A stretch of DNA of 64,000 bases from Mayamaea pseudoterrestris (lineage: Eukaryota). Of this stretch, positions 43,097-54,251 are shown one piece after another. The stretch covers positions 310,001 through 374,000 of the forward strand of contig BROI01000015.1 of assembly GCA_027923505.1 (NCBI GenBank), in the 5' to 3' direction. The notes below the pieces were generated by a model. The model was not told where the DNA came from and searched no databases. It saw only the letters and a program-made list of their open reading frames with translations. How positions within the stretch are numbered: the first letter of the stretch is position 1; each line of letters starts with the position of its first letter. The translations under genes and the position numbers were made by a program.

Positions 43097-46000
43097 TTAA
43101 CTACGCTTTCCTTGTTCGACAATAACTAGCCTCTCCTCTAGACTAGTAATATCTTGCTGCAACCGGAGAGTCGTCGCTTTCGATTCTGCAAGTCTCGCCT
43201 TTGACTCGCTCCACTCCGCAGATAGCCGATGGTATTCTTCGCACAACTCTTCCGACAAGGCGTTCGACACAGCCTTCGTTTGTTCACCTTCCCCAATAGC
43301 ACTGGTTTGAGCATCTTGTCCAGCGGTGAAAGCTTTCGCCAAGGCACTTGAAATGGGAGCGCTTTCCTCCATGCCTCTGCTTGACCCCTGACGAACGACT
43401 GACATTCGAACTGTCCGCCGACTCGTAACATTCGCTGCTCGCGCTGGCATGTTACGCTTCCAAGTGAAAACAACATCTTGGTGCGATCGGGGAGCTGGAG
43501 AACGCAATTGACGTTGATTATATTCTTTGCATTTATTCATCGTTTCCTTCCCTGGCGAAGGCGACAAATGTTCCATGTTGCTGTCGTTGTCATCGAGTAG
43601 TACAGCAATGGAACGGTTGCCACGTTTGGCATACGATTCACTTTTGCGGGGCGACACTGAGGGAGATATTGGCAATAGGTCTTTACTTGAAGCGACCGGG
43701 GAGTGTGCAAGTGCATTTTTCTTCCCCGGTGATCTGGGGTGCGTTGACAATGCACTGCGCTGTCGTGGGCGTCGGGCTGCTAGTTTAATCGGCTGCTCGG
43801 ACGGTGCTTCTGGCGGAGCAGGCATGACCGAGACAGGCTCAATGACTAAAGGATTATTGGACGTGCTTTCCTGCGACAGAGAAGGCAGTGGGTTCGGACG
43901 CTCATTGACATTCGCAAGTGACATAGGACTGACTGGTGACAAATTACTCGTGGCATCGTTGTCGAGCGCTGGCGCATTTCCATGCGAGTTTCTACTGGTA
44001 TCATGCAATAGCTTTCCGAACGACCCGCCGGGTGCTGTTGTTGTTTCCGGCTCGACATCAGTGTATACACATGTCGCTTCCGCTCCATTCTTTTGTTCCG
44101 GTGATCGGTGCGAGGGGTTTCTTCCGGATGAACTCTTTTTCGGACTTTTTGCTCCAGAACTGTGCTCAAGGCGTGACTTCTGACGGGAAGATCTTCCAGA
44201 TCTATCCCTTAATGGATCGTTTGAAGCTTTCTTACTCTTAGCATCTCCTCCGACGTCGGCGCATGTCACTTCCTTTGGCTTTCGCTCCTTGCATAAGTTT
44301 AACGATGCAATGCCGTTAAGACGCAAATCATCATTGGTCGCAACTCTGCGATGGTGGACAGCTGCTGTAGTTGAAATGGTTTCACCACCAGGGCTCATGG
44401 CGGCTGAATGGAATCTTTCTGAATATCCTTTTGCAAATGAACGACGTTTGCCTGGAGAGTCGGTGGATTTACTTGCCCTATCTTTTCCGATCATTTCACT
44501 GAGCCGATTTTCTTGTGGCTGATGGGGCGTAGCGGGGCCGTCAGCTTCTCCAAAGAAATTCGCGGCATCGTTCTCGTGAGTCCTATCGCTGTCCGTAGGC
44601 AAAAGGCTCGTTGCAACCGGAACATTCAATGGCACAGGTGTGTGCTCTTCGACGTAAGTCACATCCTGATCCGCAGTGTCAAGACCTCCAACAGATGCAG
44701 CAGATGCTGCTTGCATAAGGACACTGCGGGGCTGGTCATTGTCGTCGTTCTTCGAACTTTGGCCTAGACTCGTTTCAGACCCTTTGACAGTCACTACCTG
44801 TCCACCGCGGTCCCTTCGCGGTTTAATTTCGTTTCGCTTGCGATCTGACTTGTTTGATTTCATTAAACTCGCTTCAGCTTTCACATCCGGTATTTCGTCA
44901 GTCTTTTCCGTGTGTCCTTCCTTGGATCGATGCAACGTGCCACGTCTACGGTGACTTTCATTAGACTCTCTCGACGATGCCGTTTCAGTTGATCGAACGC
45001 TCCGCTGTCTGTCTCTTCTCGGATTTGCTGATAATTCTTTTGATGCAGAATCCTTTATGCTTGGTCTTCGCATGGATCTTGATGTTGAGTTGCGCCTTCT
45101 CGCTCTCCGTTCCGCGTTCTTATCAACGTCTTCCGACAAAGCCTTCGTTTGTCTTTCTGGCCTTTTCCCAGGCGAGTCTTCTTCCTCGAGTATGTATTCC
45201 ATAGACCTGTCCATGTCAACACACTCTTCCTCATCGCTCGAACACTCCTCTGGACTCGGACGCGAGAGTGGTGCCAAAGGTTGTTCCGATGACTCCACGA
45301 GCGCGCTTGGACGTTGATCAGCCTCCGATGCCGTTGCTTCGAGAGTCGGCCGCTTAGACTGGTCATCGGAATCATCGTCAGAATCATTGTTATCAAGCTC
45401 GTCTCCATTCATGAGGAGTCCGGCACCAGAGGGCGGTGTTCTATTACCTCCAGGGGCAATTTCTTCGAGCGAAAATTGTGCAAATGATTTTGCAGATTCT
45501 CCAGCCGATATCTTTCGCACCGCCGCTTCAAGCTCTACTTTTGGTGCCTTTGGAGACATTGATCCCTTGCTACTGATGCCTACTCGCAGCAAGCCTTTGG
45601 CGCCGGACAAGAGTCGGCTGGCTCGCTTCCCTGGAGCTGGTTTATTAGCTGCAGCTGCAGCGGCCGCGGATGCAGATGCATGTCTGACTAGATTGTCCGG
45701 CACTTGCATTGAATTGTCGACCACAATACCGCTTCCACTGCCATGCTGATCCAGCGGGGAACACCCAATATCATTTTCATCGTCATTCATGGTTAGGCTT
45801 CCAGAATTTTCGCTGAATAATCGACTATCCATGCGAGTGTCCTGCAGAGCGTTCCCAGGATCGTCGAACGATCGTAAATTCTGTAAAATACTAGCGGCTG
45901 ATTCGTCATCTTGCTTCCTGATTGCAAGGTGCAACATACTATCAGATGCAAGAGCATTGTCAGAGAATATATCTGATTGCTTCTCTCCTTCAGCGGCATG

Positions 46001-46294
46001 GCAAGCTCCATTCAAATGGTTGTTCGATGAGGAGTCGTCGTCATCGTCGTCGTCGTAGTTGGACAGAACAAATGTTTCCTCAATCTCGTCAGCCTCAACT
46101 TCATTCTCTACTTCCTTTGTAGTTGCAAGTGTATTGTGGTACAACGGAGGCAAGTCAAGTTCTTCATTGGCAGCAGTAGTGCTGAACAACGATGCCGAGC
46201 TGGAATGGAGCAAGGAAATGTCTTCCTTTTCGTCACGCCGTTCGAATACTTTGAGAAAGGCCGCTGGCTTCTTTTGTCGCTTGTGAACGTTCAT
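43097..46294 (-). CDS. Disordered/coiled-coil protein (duplicate)
   Basis: Identical to 31194-34391. Confidence 0.7.
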   Translation of the reverse strand: MNVHKRQKKPAAFLKVFERRDEKEDISLLHSSSASLFSTTAANEELDLPPLYHNTLATTKEVENEVEADEIEETFVLSNYDDDDDDDSSSNNHLNGACHAAEGEKQSDIFSDNALASDSMLHLAIRKQDDESAASILQNLRSFDDPGNALQDTRMDSRLFSENSGSLTMNDDENDIGCSPLDQHGSGSGIVVDNSMQVPDNLVRHASASAAAAAAANKPAPGKRASRLLSGAKGLLRVGISSKGSMSPKAPKVELEAAVRKISAGESAKSFAQFSLEEIAPGGNRTPPSGAGLLMNGDELDNNDSDDDSDDQSKRPTLEATASEADQRPSALVESSEQPLAPLSRPSPEECSSDEEECVDMDRSMEYILEEEDSPGKRPERQTKALSEDVDKNAERRARRRNSTSRSMRRPSIKDSASKELSANPRRDRQRSVRSTETASSRESNESHRRRGTLHRSKEGHTEKTDEIPDVKAEASLMKSNKSDRKRNEIKPRRDRGGQVVTVKGSETSLGQSSKNDDNDQPRSVLMQAASAASVGGLDTADQDVTYVEEHTPVPLNVPVATSLLPTDSDRTHENDAANFFGEADGPATPHQPQENRLSEMIGKDRASKSTDSPGKRRSFAKGYSERFHSAAMSPGGETISTTAAVHHRRVATNDDLRLNGIASLNLCKERKPKEVTCADVGGDAKSKKASNDPLRDRSGRSSRQKSRLEHSSGAKSPKKSSSGRNPSHRSPEQKNGAEATCVYTDVEPETTTAPGGSFGKLLHDTSRNSHGNAPALDNDATSNLSPVSPMSLANVNERPNPLPSLSQESTSNNPLVIEPVSVMPAPPEAPSEQPIKLAARRPRQRSALSTHPRSPGKKNALAHSPVASSKDLLPISPSVSPRKSESYAKRGNRSIAVLLDDNDSNMEHLSPSPGKETMNKCKEYNQRQLRSPAPRSHQDVVFTWKRNMPARAANVTSRRTVRMSVVRQGSSRGMEESAPISSALAKAFTAGQDAQTSAIGEGEQTKAVSNALSEELCEEYHRLSAEWSESKARLAESKATTLRLQQDITSLEERLVIVEQGKRS

Positions 46295-46539
46295 ATTAGG
46301 ACGCTAATGCAGTAATGGTACATTCCAGGTTGATGCAAAACCATGATGTCTTGTTCGACGGCAGCAATTGAATCTTGTGTGACCTTGGTGACTGACGCGT
46401 GCGCCCAGCTCGAAACCTTTCGTGGAGCCAGCTGCACTTTGCGACACGAGCTGACTGCTAGGCCTTGACAATGCAATTATACTCAACTACCGGCAATACT
46501 ACTTTACTGTCAGTTAGACTTTTAGCTTTCTAGTATATA

Positions 46540-49306
46540 TCATATTCCAGCCGACTCGACTTGATCGCCTGACGAGCGCTTTGCGTTCCGCTTTCCGGAC
46601 GAGGGTCCGAACCGAGTCTTCATCTTGTACCTCAACATGTTGCTTCGCGTATATCTTTCCGGCAATCGAGAGTTTACCCATCCTCGTCTGATTGTATCAA
46701 ACGCTTGCTTCGTCGCGCCTTGATCCAACTCGCCACGCTCGTAGAGTTGGTCCATGAGACGCAAGACCTTTTCAGCCCTCTCCAATGATCCAGGCTTTCC
46801 ACTAAAAACGTGACAAAGAACCAGAGTGGTATACGTCACAGAGTTTGGTCGAACATGCATCACTCCAGACTTGTGCAAATCATTCATCCGATCAATAATT
46901 TCTTGGGCCTTCTCACCCGCATCCGCTCCCTTGGCCGAGGCAAACGCCTTGAGCAGCGTGTTGAAACTTGTCACGTCGGGACAAGCCTTGTGATTGCCAT
47001 TTTGATAATCTAAATACATTTCGCGCAGCAGATCACTCGCTCGATCACAACACCCTGCACGCGCCCAAGCATTAATGCAGGCATTAAAAGCAATTTGGTT
47101 GGGCCGTAACGATTCGTCTCCGTTCTTGTACGCCGCTTGAAGCTCGCGCAGTACGCCCTCTGCTCGCTCCGCACTACCAACCTTATCGTCCCCTTTCGAG
47201 TTGGCAAACGCGTTTATAAGCGCCGAATAGCTAACAAGATCGGGCGCTTCGATACTTCCTTTGGCCGCCAAGGCTTTCATGCCATCAAGAAATCGACAGG
47301 CTTGTTCCCCAGCGTTCGTGCTCCGACGATCCGTGGAAAACGACCCGAGCACAGTATTGTAAGCATACCTGCAAGAAGAATGCGAGTTTAACGAATTAAA
47401 CGAGCGTTAGACATCACGGATGCCGTCAGCTTCAAGTGGTAAAATTATATTTCGCAGATTACAAGAATCAACATTGTTGGACGAAAGGGGCAGTATACCA
47501 ATACCCGAATCATGCACCGATTGCATAGCACGCGACACATATGTTTACGTACAAATCAGGTCGTGCTGCATCGTTACCACTGTAAAAATCATTTTCCATA
47601 TCGTTTAAAATTCCAACGGCGCGTTCTGAAAGACCAGTTTTGGCATACGCATTAATGACTGCCGTGTACGAAAATTTGTCGGGAGTGTACCGTGCATCGC
47701 CGGCATCAGCCCGCATCTTGAGCTTTTGCAAAATCCGCTCCGCTTCCGGCCCGGCAAACGGGATGGCACCGTTCGCGAAGCAAGCGAGATATGCATTGTA
47801 GGTTGTCAAGGATGGCATTAAACTGTCATCATCCTCCAACCGGCTTAACTCTTCCATTCTATCCATAATCGCTTTAATCTTTTCCACCTTATTCTTTCGA
47901 TCCGATTGGGCAAAAGCTGAAATGACCGAGGTAAAGTGAAAGTTTGTTGGTTTCAAATTGTCGTGACCAGCCGCAAAGCCCGCGTGCATTTCTTGCAAAA
48001 GTGCTTCAGCCTTTTCGGGTTGCCCCACTTTGGCAAACGCTGTAATGAGGATCAAATAAGTAGTCGCGTTTGGAGACAGTAGATTGCTGTTCTCGACAGT
48101 GCTTATATTCGGGCTCGCATGCTCTTGAAACAATCGAAGAGCATGTTGAACATCGTGCTTTCGTTTTGTCTTTGCAAAACAAGTCAGGAGAGAGTTAAAG
48201 ACGTGAATTTTGTTGTATTGGACAAGGTCACCAAGATGTCGATACAGTTCCACTGCCTTCTGCCCCGCATCGTGCTGTTTTGATCGACTGTATGCTGCAA
48301 TCACAATGGCAAGTGCCGCCGAGTCTGGCTTGAGCGTTTCGTCTCCGGCCAAGTAGTTGGCATGCATTCGATGCAACCACTCGTGCGCCCGCTCGATTCC
48401 CGCCTCCGTTCCAATGCGAGCCCATGCGTGAAGAATGGCTCGGTATGTGCGTGCATTGATTGGGATTTGGTATTGGATCATGCGCTCATAAATAGCTTCA
48501 CACTTCAAGGGCGCTTCGCGAGTGCGACCACTAAGGTTCCATGATCGCATAACCAAGTTGCAGAGATTCGTGCTTGGTAGACAATCTGGCAAGCGATATG
48601 TGTCATGGAGCTCAAAGGACCGGTTGAGCAGTTGTTCAGCCATGTCTGGTGTAGCCATGTGATTCCTTTGATCACCAGCGTCACTTGATTGCGCGTGCTC
48701 CGCCTCCAACACGAGATAAAGCGACTTTTCGTTCATTGGAAAATTATATCTCACAAAGATTTGCTCGAGTCTTTCCCAAACAAGGCGCGGCGTCAATTGT
48801 TCCATTCGCAACTGCTCACGTTCGTCCGACCACCAAACCACTCTCCAATTGTTAAGTATGCGATTGAGCAAGGTCGTATCAATCCAAGAATCATTGTCGT
48901 CAGTCGCTGAGGTTGTCTCGGACATAAAGTAATATTTTCGTTCCTCGAGCAGTCTATCCAACAAAGCAAAGGACGTAATCACGGACTCCACCGAGCGCTG
49001 AATGGACCACCAGTGCATTAAGTCGTCTGCGTCCATCCACGCCTTCGGCGTCATGGAGCCGACTTTTGATTCAATCATAGCTTGAGCCGCAAGCACATTA
49101 CTTTGTGCATCGTGTTGCATGTCGCGCCGAAACTGCCTCGTTTGTACACTGTCGTAGCCTCGATCAACCGACTTTAATGAAGGCTGTTGATCTTGAAGAT
49201 TGGGTGCACCGGAAAAGCACCGAATTTGCGTACTTGATAGTCGAGAAGCCGCAACCGATCGTCGCCAAGTCAACGTCCCGGACGAGCGTAGCAATATGCG
49301 TTTCAT
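46540..49306 (-). CDS. PPR protein (duplicate); intron 47369-47552
   Basis: Identical to 34637-37403. Confidence 0.9.
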
Positions 49307-49551
49307 TTCTCAATGAACGCTACGTCGTAGAGGCGTCTAATCTGCTCCGTCTTGAGGTAGTGACACAGCTGTTATAGATGATGTTGTTTGTGAATAGGAT
49401 ATCGTTTCATTTATTAGCCGCTTGTATGGAGTACTTGAACAAGAAAGTCTTCCGTCATGGTCGTCTAACGTCGACTCTCCACTCATTACTTTCGTAACGA
49501 TGAGACGAAGACCATCATGGTCTGGAAGTTCTTGCACTGTACGTACTTCAA

Positions 49552-49768
49552 TGACTCAGTTTTCACTGGCACTCGTTTTGAACTATTGCCTCGTGACGAT
49601 TTTTCGCTGGCACTCGTTTCATACTATTGCCTTATGACGCAGTTTTCACTGGCACCTATTTCGTACAATTGCTTCGTGACGCAGTTTTCACTGGCACTCG
49701 TTTCATACTATTGCCTTCTGACGCAGTTTTCACTGGCACTCGTTTCGCACTATTGCCTTGTGACGCAG
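49552..49768 (+). repeat. 42-bp tandem array (duplicate of 37649-37865), upstream of the intact DUF2985-like gene
   Basis: Same units at +11903. Confidence 0.97.
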
Positions 49769-49923
49769 CCATTATCCAGCTTTCTACAATTGAATAAACA
49801 GTGCGTCGTCGTCACTGTCAGAGAGACCATCCTCTTGACCATCATAGAGAACGAAAGCAATCGGCAATGCCGTTGTGCCCCTTCACATCCCATCTCTCAG
49901 CAATCAGATAGCGGCTGAGTAGA

Positions 49924-51049
49924 ATGGACCAGTTAGATTTGCCTACGATCGACGAGAAAGCTTGTCAGCGAGACGCCCAAGACCAGCCTGAGCTACAATC
50001 ACAGCAGCAGCTTCAACCTTCCGACAGAACTTTGTCGAACGGTGCACTCAGGATGGGCAGTCAGTGTAGTTCACGACAAGCAGATGAAGAACGCTTACAA
50101 GTGCAGCAGCCGCATCTTTGCGAAAGAAATTCATCGCTTAACAGCTTAACTGTAAACGACATTTCTCCTCCTCGTTCCAAAGGCGAGGTTTTCCGAGACT
50201 TGATTCTTCGACTGATGGATTCACGATTCGTTCAGTTATTGGGGTATTTAATTCTCTTTCTAGTAGTTTTGGATGGCGCAATATTCTTCTTCTTTCTCAT
50301 GGGCTGGCAGACTCTCTGCAGGCCTCGCATTGAATGTAAGTGGAAAAACGAAATGTGATAGACATGCTGCACTCGTTCTTACAATGTATACTCTGCGTTA
50401 ACTTTGTAAAGGCGAACCAAGAAACGACGTATATAACATTTCAGTCCAAATTTTAAACGGCTTGTTTACATACATGGCCATTGTCGCCATGCCTTGGCGA
50501 TGCGCCAACGGTCTGCATGTCTTTGGACTCGGACTTCCGCCAAGAGACAATAGCGACGGCAAAGACTTGTACGGAATTGACTCGCCCGATATTTGGTTCC
50601 ATGTTCCTCGACGGCATCGAAGAATAATCACCACAACACTACTAATGAATTGTATCTTTCAGTTCATAAACCAAGGAACGCGCATTGTCTTTTGGAACTA
50701 TGGATTGCAAGATCAATATCCAGGCAACTTGTGGACCAACATTTTCTTTGGTTCGAGCATGCTCTGCGCAGCGGTTGGTGCCTTGCATATCGTTATCATC
50801 GAAGGCAAGGTGCAAAAGCGCAACCCCGAGTTGTTTGAACCAGGACCCATTCAACAATTCTCGGCCTGGTGTGGGAGGCGCAAACAACACATCTCCGAAC
50901 AAGAGCCAGCAACAGGACCTGCTGCAACGATTGAAACTTTGCCTCATGATGACATTGTGCAAGATGATCTTACACAGAACAAGTTTGGGTCTGTACTTGG
51001 TCCATCGGCAGAATCGGTTCGAGGAGGTTTGCGGATGTTTGGATTATGA
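49924..51049 (+). CDS. DUF2985-like multi-pass membrane protein; intron 50336-50411
   Basis: Splicing gives IECEPRNDVYNISVQILNGLFTYMAIVAMPWR, resembling the DUF2985 QILNALF...P.R signature; four hydrophobic helices. Confidence 0.72.
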
Positions 51050-51849
51050 GGGCGTGCGTAGATGAATCAAGCAGCAGGTTCTAATTTCGTTGACACGAAA
51101 AGCCAATTAAGCTTACGCTTTTGAGATTCATCGGCGGATCAAGTGTCACGGTTGGTGAGAGCAAAGTGCGATTGCGTTCGTCTAATTGTCTGCGTAACGG
51201 CGCTGTCAGGGATGAAATGACAATTGAGCAATCGTTCTTCCAACTATCGAATCACTTTTGGACTTGGAAGCGTCAATTTGCGGCCTGATATTCACTTAAT
51301 AATCGATTACGGTAGTGTATGCTTAATTTAGAAGCATTCGCTCGTCTTTGGCTGCGGCAACTACTATAGGTTCGGAATCAAACACATCCAAGATCTGAAC
51401 GCTCTGATGAACCGTCGTGAAAAGAGTACCGCACGTGTTGTTGAGCTTAAATAGAGAGTGTATGTTAAGTAGCAAGTTGAAGTAAAAGACGGAGTTTGCA
51501 GCTCAACATGAAGAGCTCCCGTTGGGCGCGGTGACGCGGTGACCACACAGACCAACGCTGTTCGATCCGTCCAAGTGTTCATTCTTCAAATATAGTCAAA
51601 CCTCATAACGAAGCCTTGTCGACGCTAACTGCTACAGCAGCTTGCTTAACGCGTCTGGGAGCGAGGGAGGAGAAAGGAGAATCGCATTGAATTGCACTCG
51701 TATTGAATTGCTCATTGCTCACACGAGTCAACGCTATCGGAACGCAGACGTTTTGCAGCAGTTTTTATCGGAAGCCTCGGACGATCACATTACGTGAGAA
51801 AACACGATTTGCGATAGCAGCATCTAGTAATTTTATACGAGAGAATACT

Positions 51850-52322
51850 ATGACGACGCCTAGCGATATCATTGACTGGCATGAAGCGATGCAGCAGTGC
51901 GGAGAAGACGAGGAATTTTTACGAGAACTCCTGGCTGATCTACAAAGCGAAATGGAGACTCAAGTTCTTTCAATTGCAGAGATTATTCAAGTAAGTTTAA
52001 GCGAGCAGACAAGAAGTATATTGTGAGTCTGTGGGAAGCTACACTCACACTTTACGCTTTCCAATCTGTCCAGAATCCACAGGACGGTCCCTATCATCGC
52101 ATAATGCGGTCAGCGCATGTTATTAAGGGTGCATCTGCAAATCTCATGTGCCATCAATTACGGACGACCGCACTGCATCTGGAGACTGCCGCAAGAGAAT
52201 GCCATGAGGCCGGAGGAACAACTTCTCCACCTGCCATGCAGCAATTGGTGCAGCAGCGCTTTGCGGAAATGCAGCAGGCAGCCACAAATTATGCTCAGTT
52301 TCTACAAACACTTGGAATTTGA
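51850..52322 (+). CDS. Stand-alone histidine phosphotransfer (Hpt) protein; intron 51991-52073
   Basis: GEDEEFLRELLADL and RSAHVIKGASANL (phospho-His motif HxxKGxS); GTAAGT..CAG intron joins the two ORFs in frame. Confidence 0.9.
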
Positions 52323-52647
52323 TACACATTTTCTTTAATTCAGTACAGTATATACTATTGGATATCTCGACAAAACTACTGCTATCAGCAATCACGTACG
52401 TTATTAGTAGTGCTCGTATTTTGACTTTATGAATTACCAATAACTAAACACAGCTAGTACCGCAGGGTAGGAGAGTGCGAAGCAGTACAAGTCGACTAAA
52501 TCTTATTCATGCGGAACCTTGAATATCATTTTGCGCTATCATTGCTTACAGCTTGCTCACTCCCTTGACTCTCATTCGAACACACAAAATGCCGTGCAAA
52601 CGACACAATACGACCGTATCTGCAATGCAATAGCATGCTGAATAAGG

Positions 52648-53865
52648 TCACAGGAGCGACTTGGGTGCGTGAGAGTCAACTACATTGCCGCAAGCGGTTT
52701 TTGTCGAAAGTAGCTCGGGTGGCTCCGGAGTTTGCGGCGCAAGGTCTGGCGTCACTGCCGCCGAAGCTTGATCAGGAGAAAAGAGCTGCTTACTGAGCGA
52801 CACAACGCCGGGTAAGGATGACCGCGATAGTTCACTTTCGTGCTTCAGGTACGTCTTTTGCGTATGCGTCTTGTCTCGTAACAGCGTCTCGATGGCGTCT
52901 GTTACAATAGTATGCGTTGCCGATTCGACAGCACGGTCCACCAGCGGGCTCTTGTATCGCTGTGACGGCGAAGAAGGCATAGAGCGCGAACAACTGCTGC
53001 TGAGCTTGAGCTCACTGGTAGTGATAGCAAGGGCAATGCTTCGTAGCTCATCGTGCCGACTGGCTGACGTGTAGGAAAGAGTTTCGGACGGTCTCGATGA
53101 TCCTTCAGTAGGTGCAGCTACACCATCGTCTTCGTCCAGCGACTCAACCTCCTCCAATTCAGACCCTGATGACTTGATTTTAAGTCTGTGCGAGGTACTA
53201 GACGACTCGGAGGTTTGCCTTGCAATAAAACCTGGCGATAGCCTCCGTTTCCCGATTGACAAACTGTTCAAAGAATCGTCAATGACAAAGTCATGCTGTA
53301 TACGATGGGGCAAGGCAGACAGTCTTGCTTTAGTGGGAGACTCTCCAAACTTGATTTGGGAACATTTGTCCCAGTTGCCTTGCACGAAAAGAGGGTGTCG
53401 CAGTACTTGGATGTTGCAGTCTCGATCGGAAATGCAGCTGTAGCCCCAGTCGTGAGCCAGCTCAAGGAAATCATCAAATGCTGACACTGCGAACCAGTGG
53501 CCCATTAGCTCGTCGGCAAACTCTTGTGCTCGAATCGCGACAAACTTTCCATCTGGTAGAAATGTAATGAGGTCAGCATTCTTGGTATCATTCGCCAAAG
53601 TCATTAGCTGTTCGGGAAACCGCTGATGCTGTTGCCCATACGAAGCTTCAACTGCATGAGAGTGATCGTACAAAGCATCCTGACTAGCTCCATGGTATGA
53701 TTTGAGTGTAGCGGCCCTTATTTGGTCTTCATCATCCTTTTCTGCTTCAAAATGATGCCCCAATTGCGATGTCGCTGCCTGGATCAACGCAGAAAGTCCC
53801 GAATGGCGACGACCCTCAGTCCTTTGTCTGTCAAGACAGATGGAAGTGCTATTCTCAGTCGCCAT
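52648..53865 (-). CDS. HSF-type DNA-binding-domain protein (degenerate domain)
   Basis: RFPEQLM...ITFLPDGKFVAI...F..ELM..WF....F......WGY...RHPLFVQG....C..I follows the HSF domain pattern. Confidence 0.75.
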   Translation of the reverse strand: MATENSTSICLDRQRTEGRRHSGLSALIQAATSQLGHHFEAEKDDEDQIRAATLKSYHGASQDALYDHSHAVEASYGQQHQRFPEQLMTLANDTKNADLITFLPDGKFVAIRAQEFADELMGHWFAVSAFDDFLELAHDWGYSCISDRDCNIQVLRHPLFVQGNWDKCSQIKFGESPTKARLSALPHRIQHDFVIDDSLNSLSIGKRRLSPGFIARQTSESSSTSHRLKIKSSGSELEEVESLDEDDGVAAPTEGSSRPSETLSYTSASRHDELRSIALAITTSELKLSSSCSRSMPSSPSQRYKSPLVDRAVESATHTIVTDAIETLLRDKTHTQKTYLKHESELSRSSLPGVVSLSKQLFSPDQASAAVTPDLAPQTPEPPELLSTKTACGNVVDSHAPKSLL

Positions 53866-54251
53866 GTCGAACCCGCACGTTCATTATCATGCATTGGCGA
53901 CAAAGATTTGTCTGGGAGTTTGGCTTTGGTCATGGTCATCATGATGGTGCGCATCGTCTTGTTCGATGTCGCTCAAAATGACCAATGTCTCGTCGTAGCG
54001 GTTTAATTTAACCGTTGCGACATCACCCTTTTATCAGTTACTATTACCGGTACGTAGTATTGTACTCGTACCCTTGTCTGGCGACTCAATTATTTAGTTA
54101 CAGTACGTACGTACATAATACATTACAAGCCATCGGTAGGGGCTGCATATAGTGCAATGAATTATGATCATAAAAGGCATGGAAGGACCCGTCAAACCTA
54201 AAGGCACCGGTAAACTTTGACACGATATGGGATCGCAGGAATAACTCACAA

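Larger units (their letters stand above)
38035..49937. repeat. Segmental tandem duplication, copy 2
   Basis: Matches 26132-38034 at a constant offset in all spot checks and ORF translations. Confidence 0.98.
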
